From positions 267,306-331,305 of the forward strand of contig NIVC01000046.1 of the NCBI GenBank assembly GCA_002269645.1: a stretch of DNA of 64,000 nt, written 5' to 3'. The notes under the pieces are model-generated. The model searched no databases, was not told the origin of the DNA, and saw nothing but the letters and a program-made list of their open reading frames with translations. Each line of letters starts with the position of its first letter. Position 1 is the stretch's first letter. This document shows positions 11,866 through 23,310 of this stretch, one piece after another. Source of the stretch: Macrostomum lignano (taxonomy: Eukaryota). Both the position numbers and the translations under genes were made by a program.

Positions 11866-12975
11866 TCATCTTGACTCGATGACTCGGGCGTTTCAGTGAA
11901 TCGGCAGCGTTAATGAGGTCCCTCAGGAAAGGCCTCCCGTGAGGTACAACCTGCGCAGACCAGTTCAGTTTGCCAATCACCCTCCGCAGCATCCGCTTGG
12001 AAAGCCTCGGCTTCGCCAGGCAGTCTTTCAGCATCAGCTGCAGCTCTTCCAACCTTTCGGGCGGTAGCGACATCGTTCCAGCCACAGAGTCGAATCTGAT
12101 TCCCAAGAAAATCATGCACTGAGTCGGTGGCACACATTTCTCTTCGTTGATCTCAATTCCGAGGCGCACAACGAGACTCTTGAGCTCCGAATAGAAGTCC
12201 CTGCATTCAGTCAAGGAACCGCAGAAGGCGAAATCATCAATATAGGCCTCCGTGTTATTGAAACCGCGTTTGATCATCATGAGTCTGATGGCAGAGCTCA
12301 GCTTTTGAAAACAGTAGACGGAACCCGCCGCTCCGAATGGAAGCCTGGTGTCGATGAGGTAGACTGGCTCGCGGCCACCAGGAGGCAAGTACTTAATTCC
12401 GGCGAGCATCTGATCATCAGGGTGGATCCCGCACGAACGGTAGGCTTGGCTAAGGTCAACTTTACACATGTAAGAGCCGGGACGCAGTCTTCTGCTGAAG
12501 TTCGTAGCGGATGTCAGACGGAATTTTGAAGGCATTGAGTAGTAGTCGTTAACCGCGAGTCCCTCAGGCCGGCTGCAATCGTAAATGAGTCGCACTGAGG
12601 CGGATCCAGGCTTAGGAATGGCTCCCAAGGCACTGACAATCTGGGGCTTGATGCCAGTCGGGCAGCGGCGATACCGACCGCGCAGAACTTCTTTCTGGAT
12701 CTGTGCATCGGAGGAATAATAGTTCAAGGAATAATGTTCATGTTAATGTTCAAGGAAGGATGTTCAAGGAATAATAGTTTTCCAGTTCGATGTTTGGCTG
12801 GGGATCACTGCATATCTTGTTGGGTAATGCGGAATCCATGAGTTACACCAGAAATTATAAAACTGGCTTCATCTTTGGAGATATCAATTTCTTCCAATTC
12901 TTCTTTCCAGGCTTCAAGATGCATGTCACTCGGTAAGCAAAGATTTTTCATAAAACTATCGGTATTGACGAGATT
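11816..12975 (-). CDS. Ngaro-type reverse transcriptase, truncated before RNase H, with a disrupted N-terminus
   Basis: IPKPGSASVRLIYDCSRPEG.AVND, KVDLSQAYR, RLPFG, YIDDF, FLGI.FDS. The upstream piece (12790-12975) reads LEAWKEEL...FIISGVTHGFRI, the typical DIRS RT lead-in, followed by a stop and a small duplication. Confidence 0.9.
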
Positions 12976-13083
12976 TTCTAGAGTTTAGATAGCATTTTTG
13001 GTGTGGGAGTCGCTCTGAACAGCTGATTCACTAAGGGGATACGGGGGCGACTCCTGATGTTCCCGTGCCCCTGAGTCCTCGAG

Positions 13084-14160
13084 TCATTGGCGTGGAAACT
13101 CCGGATCCCCTTCGCGGTGGAAGGAGGCTTCGGAGTGGCTCTGGCCGCACCGGCGGCATCGGTGAGCAAATCGGCACTGAGCTCTGGAGCAGCCACCAGC
13201 CCGGTTGAAGTCAAAACAGATTCCCTGGCCTCCTTTTCGAGTTGCACGAGCGTTCGCCTGATCCGATTTGCCTGGCGCCATCAGGTACGCTGCCACAAGC
13301 ATAAGGTCAGATGCTGGCTGATTCCAACTCTGATTCTGCTGCTTCTGCGTGCGACACTCGTCATCGAACCGCATCACCTTCGGCCGATCAAAGCCAAGAT
13401 CGAACAATTCGCCAACCCGAGCATTAATGCGAAGATACTCAACCAGCTCCGAAACATCCACGGTTCCCGTCTCGGAAAGACGCACCAGCTTGCTGTCATG
13501 CAACATGTGAATCAGCGCGTTCGCGTTTCCAGTAATCCAGTCACCGAATGACATCGACTCAACAGCCGCTGACTTTGACTTCATACTCACGTGGCCCGAT
13601 TTATCGACTGTGGTGGCCAACCCGGCATCCTTCTGCTTACGGCTACTTAGGTGTTCCACCGGCCTGTACGCCCCTCCGGCAACTGTCCCTTCTGACTCAA
13701 GGTTGGGGCCCTCATTCAAAACCCTCTCAGAAAGGCACGACATCTCACCGGGGGGATCATTGCGTCTCCGTAAATCGCGAGCGTCAGCTTCTAGAGCGGT
13801 TTCTTGCTTGCGCAGAGTCAGGAGGCGCACCCTCTTCTCCGCGAGCTCCAGCTCCTTGTCCAGGTCGCCTCCCACAGCGCCAGTCGGGCCCCTGCCGCCG
13901 CTCCAGCCGCCTTGAGGCTCAAAGGCCGCAGCTCCACGTCCGCTGCTTTGACTGCTTCTGGAAGTGTTGTCCGTGTCTAGTTCTTTTTGCCGTGGATCAG
14001 TCGGGGCATTGAGTTCCAGTTGCGTTGCTTCGTGATGAGCAGCCAAGCGCTCCCTGAGTACTTCCTTACAGCCGTTTGCAGAGAGGCCTGCCTGTCTAAG
14101 CGCGGCCTTCAGGCCTTTCACAGTCTCGGGCATATGCACTCTGTGGTTTGAGTCAGCCAT
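13084..14160 (-). CDS. gag-like ORF1 with N-terminal SAP-like motif and C-terminal CCCH-type zinc finger
   Basis: TVKGLKAALRQAGLSANGCKEVLRERL (SAP pattern); CFDFNRAGGCSRAQCRFAHRCRRCGQSH. Confidence 0.8.
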   Translation of the reverse strand: MADSNHRVHMPETVKGLKAALRQAGLSANGCKEVLRERLAAHHEATQLELNAPTDPRQKELDTDNTSRSSQSSGRGAAAFEPQGGWSGGRGPTGAVGGDLDKELELAEKRVRLLTLRKQETALEADARDLRRRNDPPGEMSCLSERVLNEGPNLESEGTVAGGAYRPVEHLSSRKQKDAGLATTVDKSGHVSMKSKSAAVESMSFGDWITGNANALIHMLHDSKLVRLSETGTVDVSELVEYLRINARVGELFDLGFDRPKVMRFDDECRTQKQQNQSWNQPASDLMLVAAYLMAPGKSDQANARATRKGGQGICFDFNRAGGCSRAQCRFAHRCRRCGQSHSEASFHREGDPEFPRQ

Positions 14161-14648
14161 TGCTATTCAGGGGTAGCCGCGAGAACAAGAAATTCAACGC
14201 CGCGAGAACAAGCGATCTCAGCTCAAAGCGAGGCCTAAAAGGCACAGAATACGACCACCCACCCCAACGCCGCAAACCCACCCCCCACGGGTGGAGCCAA
14301 ACAACCCCTCCTAGCCAATCGCAAACGCCGGTTAGCCCACGCCGTACAAGCCGGCTAGGCAAACCGGTCATTACTCAAACTCTAGCTACGGTGGAAAGAT
14401 CGGGAAAAGCGCGAATCACACCACCAAACACACCGCTGTGCATAATACAAAACAATATATAGATAAAAAGTGGAACTCTCACAACGGGAGACCAAACCAA
14501 ACCAAAAGTAAAAGCCAAGCTAAATTGTATTTTAATAAGAGCCCTTACTAAAGAAGCTGGCGAAATATTTCTGAGCTAAACTGTCAATCATCAAGTATCA
14601 ATAAAATGTACGAGCACCGTATATTCAAACATCGATTTAAACTATGGC

Positions 14649-14689
14649 AGCGCTGTCAATATATAGGATTAAATGGAGAGCTTTGAAAT
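14649..14689 (-). repeat. Right inverted repeat
   Basis: Reverse complement of 6141-6181 with one mismatch. Confidence 0.9.
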
Positions 14690-15323
14690 GACACTCAATG
14701 GGGCTGATATACGCAGGTGCAAATAGAGTTATTTATATAGTTATTTGAATAACTATAACTTCAAATAGTTATTTGAAGGATTGTTGTTTGTCTTTTAAAG
14801 TCAAAAATGTGTCGATATTTTTCGCCTTAAAGTAGTATTATGATTTTAGCTTTATTTTTGTTGGGATAGGGAAATCTTGTGTTGTTTTATTGGTTTAAGT
14901 TTCGTCATTTTTGTTATGGGGTATATCTAGAATATATCCTCTTTTGGAACGTTGATTTTTTGCGCGTCATATTTATTTTTTAAAGGATATATTCGATTGT
15001 GTCATTTCTACATTCTGCGTCATCCAAAGGCCCGTCAGGTTGTTTACAAACCTGCTAATGTAAAATTACGTATTATTAAACTTAGCCATCGTACTATTCA
15101 TGTCTTGGTAAAAAATCGAAGTGGGAAAGACTTTACAATTCTACACTCCATCTTAAAATGTCGCATGAGTGTACTAAAATCGTCTAGACTTTAAGCGGTA
15201 CACAAACATTATCACCGCCGGTTAAAAAAATTGTCTACGCTCGTATTACAATACTGAAAAGTCGCGTCACTTTGGTGTCAAGGTCAAAGTCATTGTTCTT
15301 TTAATCGGTCGGTCTTGTTATCG

Positions 15324-18300
15324 TTAGTAGTAACCATTTTGCCGAAGCATCTTAACGGCCAATGCAGCGGCTCGTTCAACGCTCACAGAGACGATTTGTG
15401 GCTGTTTTTATGAAATAGAAAAGTTGGTCGTCATTTTTTGTGCTTTTGTCAATGAAGAATATTAAGAAACATTCTATTACTACGACGGGCAACTTACTTT
15501 TAATCTAACCAGCTGGCTTATTTTCGTTCGCAGTCGTCTGTGCGTCAAAACGCACTTTTTGTTTTTGTGAATCAGTCTCACCAGCAGTTGTTCGTCTGAG
15601 CAAAACTCCAGCAAGTCCTGCACGTCGGAGGTATCAGTTTCTAGGATTTCTTCAAACCAAGCGCTTGACTCAATGAAACTAACTGATGCATTCATTGCTA
15701 GTTTCAGAGACTTCCAGAAAGCATCAAAATTTATATAGTACCAATTTATGTACAGACATGTTACAGGGAAGAGCTCGATCAGACTCTGCGGCAGGAAATT
15801 TAAGGCCAGCTGCGTGTCATGCTCAAAACAAAACTTCCAAGCTGAGTCGCAATGTTTTATTTGCTTCCAAACTACTTCTGTATAATCCTGTTGGTCTGCT
15901 GCTTTAAACTCTAATCGAATTCCTTTACGAAGAAGTGCTTTCGATGCACCGGTACTTAATACGTGGAGAGCCTCATCAAGCTTGCCGAACTTCATATAAG
16001 ACATGACTATCAGACACTGTCGGGCAGAAAATGCATAGTCGGGAATCCTCGATGCGTCTTTCAGCAACGACTGCAGCTCATGGTCGCTAGTACAGTCATT
16101 CTTGCCCAATCTCAATAGCAAACTTCGCACTGCGTCATAAAGATCTTCGTACTGGATGTTGTCCCAGTGGATTTCCGTGCTCCTTGCTTTCATCACTGGC
16201 TGCATAAGGAACGGATGAAAGTGGAAAGAGCCGTCTGGCCTGACTGGCCGCAAATTGGCCTTGAATTCGAGAATAACGTTATGAAGATCACTAATGACTT
16301 TATTAACGACAGTAGCGATGCGTTTCTTCCCACTGTGTCCTTTCTTGAGATACAGACAGGCATTCCGTAGAAAAAAGTGATTCATCAGTTTATTTTCATC
16401 ATTTGAGTTGCAGACTAAGCAGCTGTGTAGCTTTCGTAAGGCGATTCTCGTTAGGTAAATCAAACTTTCAGGCTTCCAGTCTTTTGCTGGTGTTTCATCC
16501 AGCAGATAAAATAAGAGATTCTTAGCGTGATAAGTTTTCAACCCTTGAACTTTTGGTGAGATCACTTTCTTCACTATGAACTTTATTAGCACAAACACCT
16601 GACCTTGAATGTCATTAAGGCTTCTGAACAGTTTTCGCTCCAAAAATGTGGTGCTAACTCGCAACTGATGGCCCTCCAATCCCGGAGAGGCAGCCGTCAC
16701 TAAATGACACGGAAATTCCGGTTGCGACAGAGTGCTCTTCAAGTCTTGGAGCACAGCTGGGTCGATGTTGCTCTTCTCATACAGTGGCTGTTGAAGTAAC
16801 TCGATTGGAGGGTAACTGCAGGAGCGAACAGCCCACACGAGATCCACTGCTGGTTTCCAGTCCATTCCAAACCAGGATTGGACCGGGTTTTCAGCTGAAA
16901 AGGAAATTGGACCAAATTGAAGTGTCAATTTTTGCTAATCAAAAGACGTGTTTGCTGTAAATTGTTACTTTTTGCCCGATTGAAACAATCTTTTTTGCCT
17001 CACCTGTGTTTGGGCAGTAGACGTGTCCGTTTTGGACTTCAATGGCATAAATTCCCAAACTTTTGTCACATTCGCAAGTCTCCTCAATGTGAATTACGCG
17101 GTTTCTGTCAATAACAGTGACATCAATGTCCGAGCCATGGTCTGTCCGGCCGTCCAATCGCACCAGACTGCTTGACCAGCCCTCGGGAAAGCTGCCAACA
17201 AAGTGAATGTCGTGCTCAACAAACTCGCCAAAGTCTAGTCTGCTTCTCACTATGGACTGTGTGACTTCGGCTAATGCACTTTGTATCTTGGCTCTTTCTT
17301 GAATAAAACCGGCAGAGTTTAAAGTCGAGTGAAGGTTCTTGCTCAACGAAACTTCAAATTTGTTGCTGTCACTGCTGCAATTAGCGTATTTACATTGTAC
17401 ATTAGCACAAATAGTCAATGAAGCAACGAATATCCATAAGAATACTTACTTTGTTGCTGGATCCGTAATCGAGCTAGCCTGAGTATCAATCTTTGATGAT
17501 TGATCATCAAGCAGTTGACGCAATGCCACCACAGAATCAAGACTGCTGTAATCCGGTAGCTGATTGACAGTTGAGCTGTGTCGCATCAGTTGAACCAGAG
17601 TTTCACATTGACCTAATACGCACGCCATTACAGCAGCCGTTAATCCAGCTCTATTCTTGATACTTGGATCGCATCCTTCTTTAAGCAACTGCTGGATGAC
17701 TTCTTCTCTGCCGGCGCATGCAGCAGCATGCAACACTGACTCTTTCTCGTCGTGACGAAGTGCTTTCGGGTCGGCGCCAGCGAGAACTAGCTCAGCTATG
17801 GAGTCTGAAGAGCCGCTGTAAGCTGCTGCGCAAAGAGGTGTCACTCCTCGATTATCTGATAAATTAGGATCAGCATTCGCTTTCGAAAGCATGGCCCGTA
17901 GCAAGATTGTATATCCTTTCTGAGCTGCCAGAAGCAGGGGCGTCACATGATCAACTCTTTTTGAGTTGCTGTCCGCCCTCGATGAAAGCAGCAATTTTAC
18001 TACCTTCTCAAAGCCTTTCCCAGCCGCGATGTGCAATGCGGATGCACCAAAAGTTCGCTTAATATTGACATCAGCATGAGCTTCCGTCAGCAGCTCCACG
18101 ATAATTGAATGGTCGTGCCAAGCGGCCAGGTGTAGAGGGCTTTGTCCGTCATTGTCTTGCAAATCGACCTGCGCCATCCAATTAATGAGTAGTCTTACGG
18201 CTCCTTCCTGGCCGCGTTCGGAAGCCCAGTGAATCGCTGACCGACCAGTTGCATCCTTGGAGTCGGGATCAGCGCCTCTTTGCAGAAGCTGTTCAAGTTT

Positions 18301-18387
18301 TAGCACATTTCCATTGATTGCTGCCAGTCTTAGTAGTGATACTTCTTTGTCAATTGACGCAGGTGCATTTTTAGAAGGAATATCCAT
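15324..18387 (-). CDS. Ankyrin-repeat / Mab-21 (cGAS-like receptor, cGLR-type) nucleotidyltransferase, paralog 1; ~927 aa, 4 exons
   Basis: Exons 18387-17450, 17374-17004, 16894-15498 and 15401-15324 join in frame through GT-AG introns of phase 2, 1 and 0. About 8 ANK repeats, then FVGSFPEG...GSDIDV, PAVDLV and Mab-21 C-terminal KTYHAKNLLFYLLDETP..W and NHFF. Confidence 0.85.
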
Positions 18388-19019
18388 AATAATTTGTAAA
18401 ACACCAAGCTTTTACCTTGCAGTGTTTATTTAGAACTCCTGCGCAGTGCCAGTGCTAGCTGTTTTACGAGTATATAAATGGACAAACCAGTCCAAGTTGG
18501 CAAAAAGCCAGCATTGGCAAAACAGCAGACAGTTGAATCAATACTGGATTTTAAGATCTTGGGTTTCGCGCACAATTTGCGTGTGCAAATAATAACACGA
18601 GATCTGAACTCGATAGCAGAATACTTGGCAGTACTTGACAATAGTTTTTATGCGCTAGACGTAAACGCTGTGTTTGTCCGCGTTCGTCTTTCATGGAATA
18701 TGTAAGCTTAATTGCGGACTGTTGATTTTTCGTGAATATCAACCTTTGCACGCAGAACACTCTTCCTCTCTATGTTTTCTCGATGTTATTAGCTCGTACT
18801 CCCGATAGTGCGAATGAAATGTAGATAAGCCTTTGATAAGCAGGATTTTGCTTGCATATCTCTATGCAACAAACAATGCTAAAGATTATAGAATTAATAT
18901 TAAGAAAATTAAAGACAAAGTTTATGCCTACACAGAGCTATAAATCATTTTTTCATTAGTAATAACTTTAAATAAATTTAAAACTATTTTTTGGAAAAAT
19001 GTCATCAAACTTGACGTCG

Positions 19020-19430
19020 TTACCTATCGGATCCCATCTCTCCCAATCGCAACCCAAGTCAATCTCCATTTCCCCAAATCCCCATCCCCTATCGGATCCC
19101 ATCTCTCCGAATCCCTACTCAAGTCAATCTCCATCTCCCCAAATCCCCATTTCCTACCAGATCCCATCTCTCACAATCCCTACCCAAGTCATATTCTCAT
19201 TTCTTCAAATCCCCATCCTCAATCAGATCCCCATGTTCCCAAATCCCCATCCCCTATCAGATAAGTATGTCCCCCAAATCCTTATCTCTCCAAATCCCTA
19301 TCTTCCAAAATATCCATCCCGTATCAGATCCCCATCTTCCCAAATCCCTATCCCCAATCGGATTAAAGGATATTTAATCTCTCAAAATTCCCATAACTAT
19401 TTCCCCATATCGAAAATTTATCCCTAATAT
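19020..19430. repeat. Degenerate CCCAAATCCCC low-complexity intronic repeat
   Basis: Recurrent CCAAATCCCCAT/ATCCCATCT words directly upstream of the 19481 acceptor. Confidence 0.7.
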
Positions 19431-19481
19431 GAGGATTTACGTATCTACAAGTTTTAAGCGCTTTCTCATCCCGCACCGCAG

Positions 19482-19800
19482 ATATGGCATACCCGCTAAG
19501 CTGATCCAGGCCGGGGACCTGTCAGACCGAGCCCAGTGCCGCGTGCCCTTCGGTCTGCTGGACTGGCCCGACTACAACTTGAACGAGAACCTCTCAGCCA
19601 TTGTAACCGGCCTGTTGAATGAGAAACCAAAGAAATCCAATCGTGAATTCATCATGTCAGTCTCGGTCGCGTGTCCTCCGTCTGACGAGCTGTTCCTACT
19701 AGATTGGAAACCGTACACCATTGCGGCAGATTCTTCAAGCACTGCTGCTGACAGGGTAGCACCGGATACGGCTGATGCTGTTGCGGCTTCTGCTAGTTAA
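19482..19800 (+). CDS. MRPL1: Terminal exon of mitochondrial ribosomal protein L1 (uL1m)
   Basis: Acceptor CCGCAG ends at 19481. CRVPFGLLDWPDYNLNENLSAIVTGLLNEKPKKSNREFIMSVSVACPPSDELFLLD matches the uL1m C-terminus pattern (G.LD.....L.ENL.A......RP......FI..V....PPS.E...ID). Confidence 0.7.
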
Positions 19801-19845
19801 TTATTTACATTTTATGTATTATGGATTTTATTGCTTTTAAGGTGC

Positions 19846-22800
19846 AGTGGTATGCCCTGACTGACTGGGGGTTTAGTTTATATATGCTTGTACCATTGAG
19901 TATTTTATTCTTTAAAATACACGCGACCGCCAAGAGAAACTTCAGATTGCTTGGCCACACGAACGCCACATTGGTGGCAGTGGTGAAAAGAGAAAAGCTA
20001 CGCTCGCAACTAGAGAATGTTATACACAGTTATACAGCATTGGGCATTTCGATCCAGACGAAGATCCGCTCAACATTCAGATAAGTGGAACGACTATGTG
20101 CAGGAAGTCGAGCTGTTCATGGAAGTGCAAGGAATAGCTGACGAAAAGAAGCAAGCCACATTATTGCTTTTAGCAGGGCCGAAAATCTGAAAGTTGTTGC
20201 AAACTGTAAACTATGAACAATGGCTACGAAGCAACGAAGGAAGCGCTCAGCTCTATTCCAAGGTGCAACCAACAGCGTCCATGAGACTTACAAGCTGCTG
20301 TCAGTCAGCCAGATAGAGGGAGAACCGTTTAATACCTTCTACAGTCGTCTAAAAAGTGCAGCAAAGTACTGCAACTTACACGTCGAGTACAAGCCTGAAG
20401 GAAATGAGAGAACACAATAAAGCTCAGCTTCGAGGATCGTCTGCTACGCGATCTGATAGTCCTAAAGAGCACGTCAAAGCCGCTAAGGACTCTGCTGCTA
20501 AAGGAAAGCTCTGACCTCACCTTGAAGAAAGCAGTAGAAATCAGCAAGAATTTCGAAGCAACAAATACACAGGCTAAAGACATTGAAAAACCAACCAATG
20601 AGGCGCGCAACACAGTCAGCAAAATAAACAACAGACCAACTAGCAATCTACAGTTCAAACAGACTGGCAAGCGGACATCAACTCCAAACACCAACAAGTG
20701 CGATCGAGTCTGCTACAGATGCAACAGGACAGGCCACCGTCCTTGGGATTGCTTCGCTCGTGACATGGAATGCAAGCATGGAGACTAAATCTAAAGACAG
20801 GGAACAGAATAAACACCAGAAATATCCAGATGTTTGAGCAACCGGAACAGCAAAGTGGCAACGACGAATCGAATGGCGAAGAAATCAACACTGTCGCTAT
20901 GACTGAATCGAAGGACTCAGCAGGCACAAGAACCAAAGTGAAGATCAATGGTATTGAGAGTACAGTGCTCATTGACTCCAGATCCTCAGCAAGTTTGATC
21001 ACAGGAATCAGAAAAGGAAAGACTAGTAAGGTACGACTGACCGTTGACTTAAGAAACTCAACGAGGCAACGGAAAAGCTACAATTTCCTATCCCATCTCT
21101 GGATGATCAGCCCACAAATATGGGAGAAGCAAGCTGCTTCAGCTACATTGATGGCAAGAAAATGTTCCATCAAATTGAACTGGACAGTGAATCTAGACAT
21201 CTGACAAAGTTCTCAACAGGAATCCCTGGACAACCGCTATACAGGTACAAACGATTGCCGATGGGTTGGGTCAACTCGTCATTCTACGAGTATCTCCAAG
21301 CCTACATAACAAAAGTTTTGGCTGGTTTACAAGGACTGCTAAATATTCAGGATGATATAATTGTGTATGGACAGGACGTCAAGGAGCACAGCAACAGGCC
21401 AAAGCAGGTCTTAGCAAGGCTCGTGGAGAACGGCATGACCGTTGGAAAGGAAAAATGCAAATTTGGAATGAGTAAAGCTACTTTTATGGGATTTATTCTG
21501 ACCGAGAAAGGAATAACCATCCATGAGAATAGAACTGAAGCTATTCAAATGTTCAAACCACCATGCAATCCAAGTGAAGTTGAATCGTCTAGCACAATTT
21601 GTTGCTCGATTCGTACCAAACCTAGCAACCTTGTCGAAGCCTCTGAATGACCTCACAAAGAAAGGAAAGACCTGGGAATGGGGTCCAGAGCAAGAGACTT
21701 CTTTCAACAGCATCAAAGCACCGATCAGCTCAACAGAAACACTCGCGTACTTTGGAACAGGGCGAGAAACACAGCTGCGAGTAGATGCTAGTCCTGTCGG
21801 TCTTGGTGCGATCTTGGTTCAGCGGCAGAAAGATGGAAATCTGCAGCCAGTTTGCTATGCCAGTAGAAATCTCACAGACGTGGAGACTCGATACAGTCAA
21901 ATCGAGCGAGAAGCATTGGCAATAAAATGGTGATGCGAGAAATTTTCTCACTTTCTCAAAGGAGCAGCCGAATTCACGGTGATAACGGATCATAAACCTC
22001 TACTCGGGTGTTTTGCATCAAACTCAAAACCACCACCAAGAGTTGAGCGTTGGGCAATGAGATTGCAACCATTCAACTTTAACATAAAATATGAACCAGG
22101 CGACACCAACGAGGCAGATATTTTGTCGAGACAGCCGGTGAAAAAACCAAACGACTACCACTCGAGATTTCCTCTAGTGTTCATCATGAAGCGCACTGAA
22201 TCGAGCGACGTAGTGCGAATTCTAAAGAAAGTGATTTCACTATTTGGACCAATGAAAGAAATCGTCTCAGACAACGGAACAAATTTCTGTTCGAAAGTCG
22301 TTGACTAATACCTTAACAGTCAAGGCGTCATTCACTCGCGGATTCCGCGTCACCCAGCAGCAAATGGGAAGGTGGAAAGATTCAATGAAACATTGAACAA
22401 AGTCATCAGAAGGTCCAGAATTTTGAACGGATCAAGTTTTGAACAGGAGTTGCAAATCTTCTTGCACGCCTGCAGAACAGCGCCAATGAGAGCAACAGGA
22501 CAAAACTTCCTCAAATGAACGACCAGACAATGTATCCTTTGGTGAAGCAGAAAGATAAAAGCGCCGACTACAAAAGAAAAATGTCCAACTATGCTAATCG
22601 GAACGCTCGTGACTGCGACATCAAAACAGGTGACTCAGTAGTGATTGAAAGGGAAGCAAGGAACAAGCACGACAGCTTTTTTGGTACAGAGCAATACTAT
22701 GTAAGGAAGCGAGTCGGAGGACTGCTGATCCTGGAGAACAAAAGTGGCACAATCAAGAAGCGCCACGTTAACAAGGCCAGAAAGATATTCCCAGACTCAG

Positions 22801-23117
22801 AATCTGACGAGGCTCTGGTAACGTTTTCTGGTGGAGGAGGAATGAGCGACAGTCAGCGAGAAAAGAGGGACGCATCCGAAATACCACAGCGCGATCCAAG
22901 AACAATGCGCAGAAGTGGACTCCGACCAGACTGTACTGAGGAGGCCAATTCGTTTTCCTACAATGGACTGATTTTACTAAAGGTGGAGGGATGTGGTATC
23001 CCCAGACTGACTGTTCATTTTCATTTCTCTATGTTTGTACCATAGAGTATTTAACTCTATTATACACGCGACCGCCTGGAGAAACTTCAGATTGCTTGGC
23101 CACACACGAACACCTCA
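19846..23117 (+). mobile_element. Decayed, internally deleted Gypsy/Ty3 LTR retrotransposon (~3.3 kb)
   Basis: LTRs at 19846-19970 and 22992-23117 share TACACGCGACCGCC..GAGAAACTTCAGATTGCTTGGCCACAC. PBS TGGTGGCAGTGG at 19972; PPT AAAGGTGGAGGGA just before 22992. Fragments of gag (CYRCNRTGH knuckle), protease (LIDS), RT (YKRLPMG, IQDDII), RNase H (VDASPVGLGA, ITDHKPL) and integrase (IVSDNG, ANGKVERFN), with many stops and frameshifts. Confidence 0.92.
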
Positions 23118-23310
23118 GCATATAATACACCACACCTCACAACAGTTTTGTTATTGTACGTAGTTGATGGATTTAAATCTCAGTTGAGATTTAAGATATA
23201 GACTCAGATTAATCTCAGTCGAGATTTGAGAATAGACTAGATGAATCTCAGGTAAGATTTGAGAATAGACTCTGATAAATAGGTGATTTGAGAATAGACT
23301 CAGATACAAT

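Larger units (their letters stand above)
10860..14530 (-). mobile_element. Ngaro/DIRS-order tyrosine-recombinase retrotransposon, internally deleted (no RNase H); ends approximate
   Basis: gag, RT and YR ORFs lie in canonical order on one strand. Split direct repeats were not detected. Confidence 0.9.
6141..14689 (-). mobile_element. Candidate Crypton-like tyrosine-recombinase element bounded by 41-bp inverted repeats, containing a nested Ngaro/DIRS retrotransposon
   Basis: The inverted repeats 6141-6181 and 14649-14689 (40/41 match) enclose a spliced ZnF-YR(-PWWP) gene at 6462-10399 and the Ngaro-like element. No TSD was seen. Confidence 0.55.

Noticed and set aside
10400-14640. Split direct repeats or inverted terminal repeats expected for Ngaro/DIRS
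   Set aside because: No matching blocks were found by eye between 10400-11080 and 14160-14640, so the termini are left approximate
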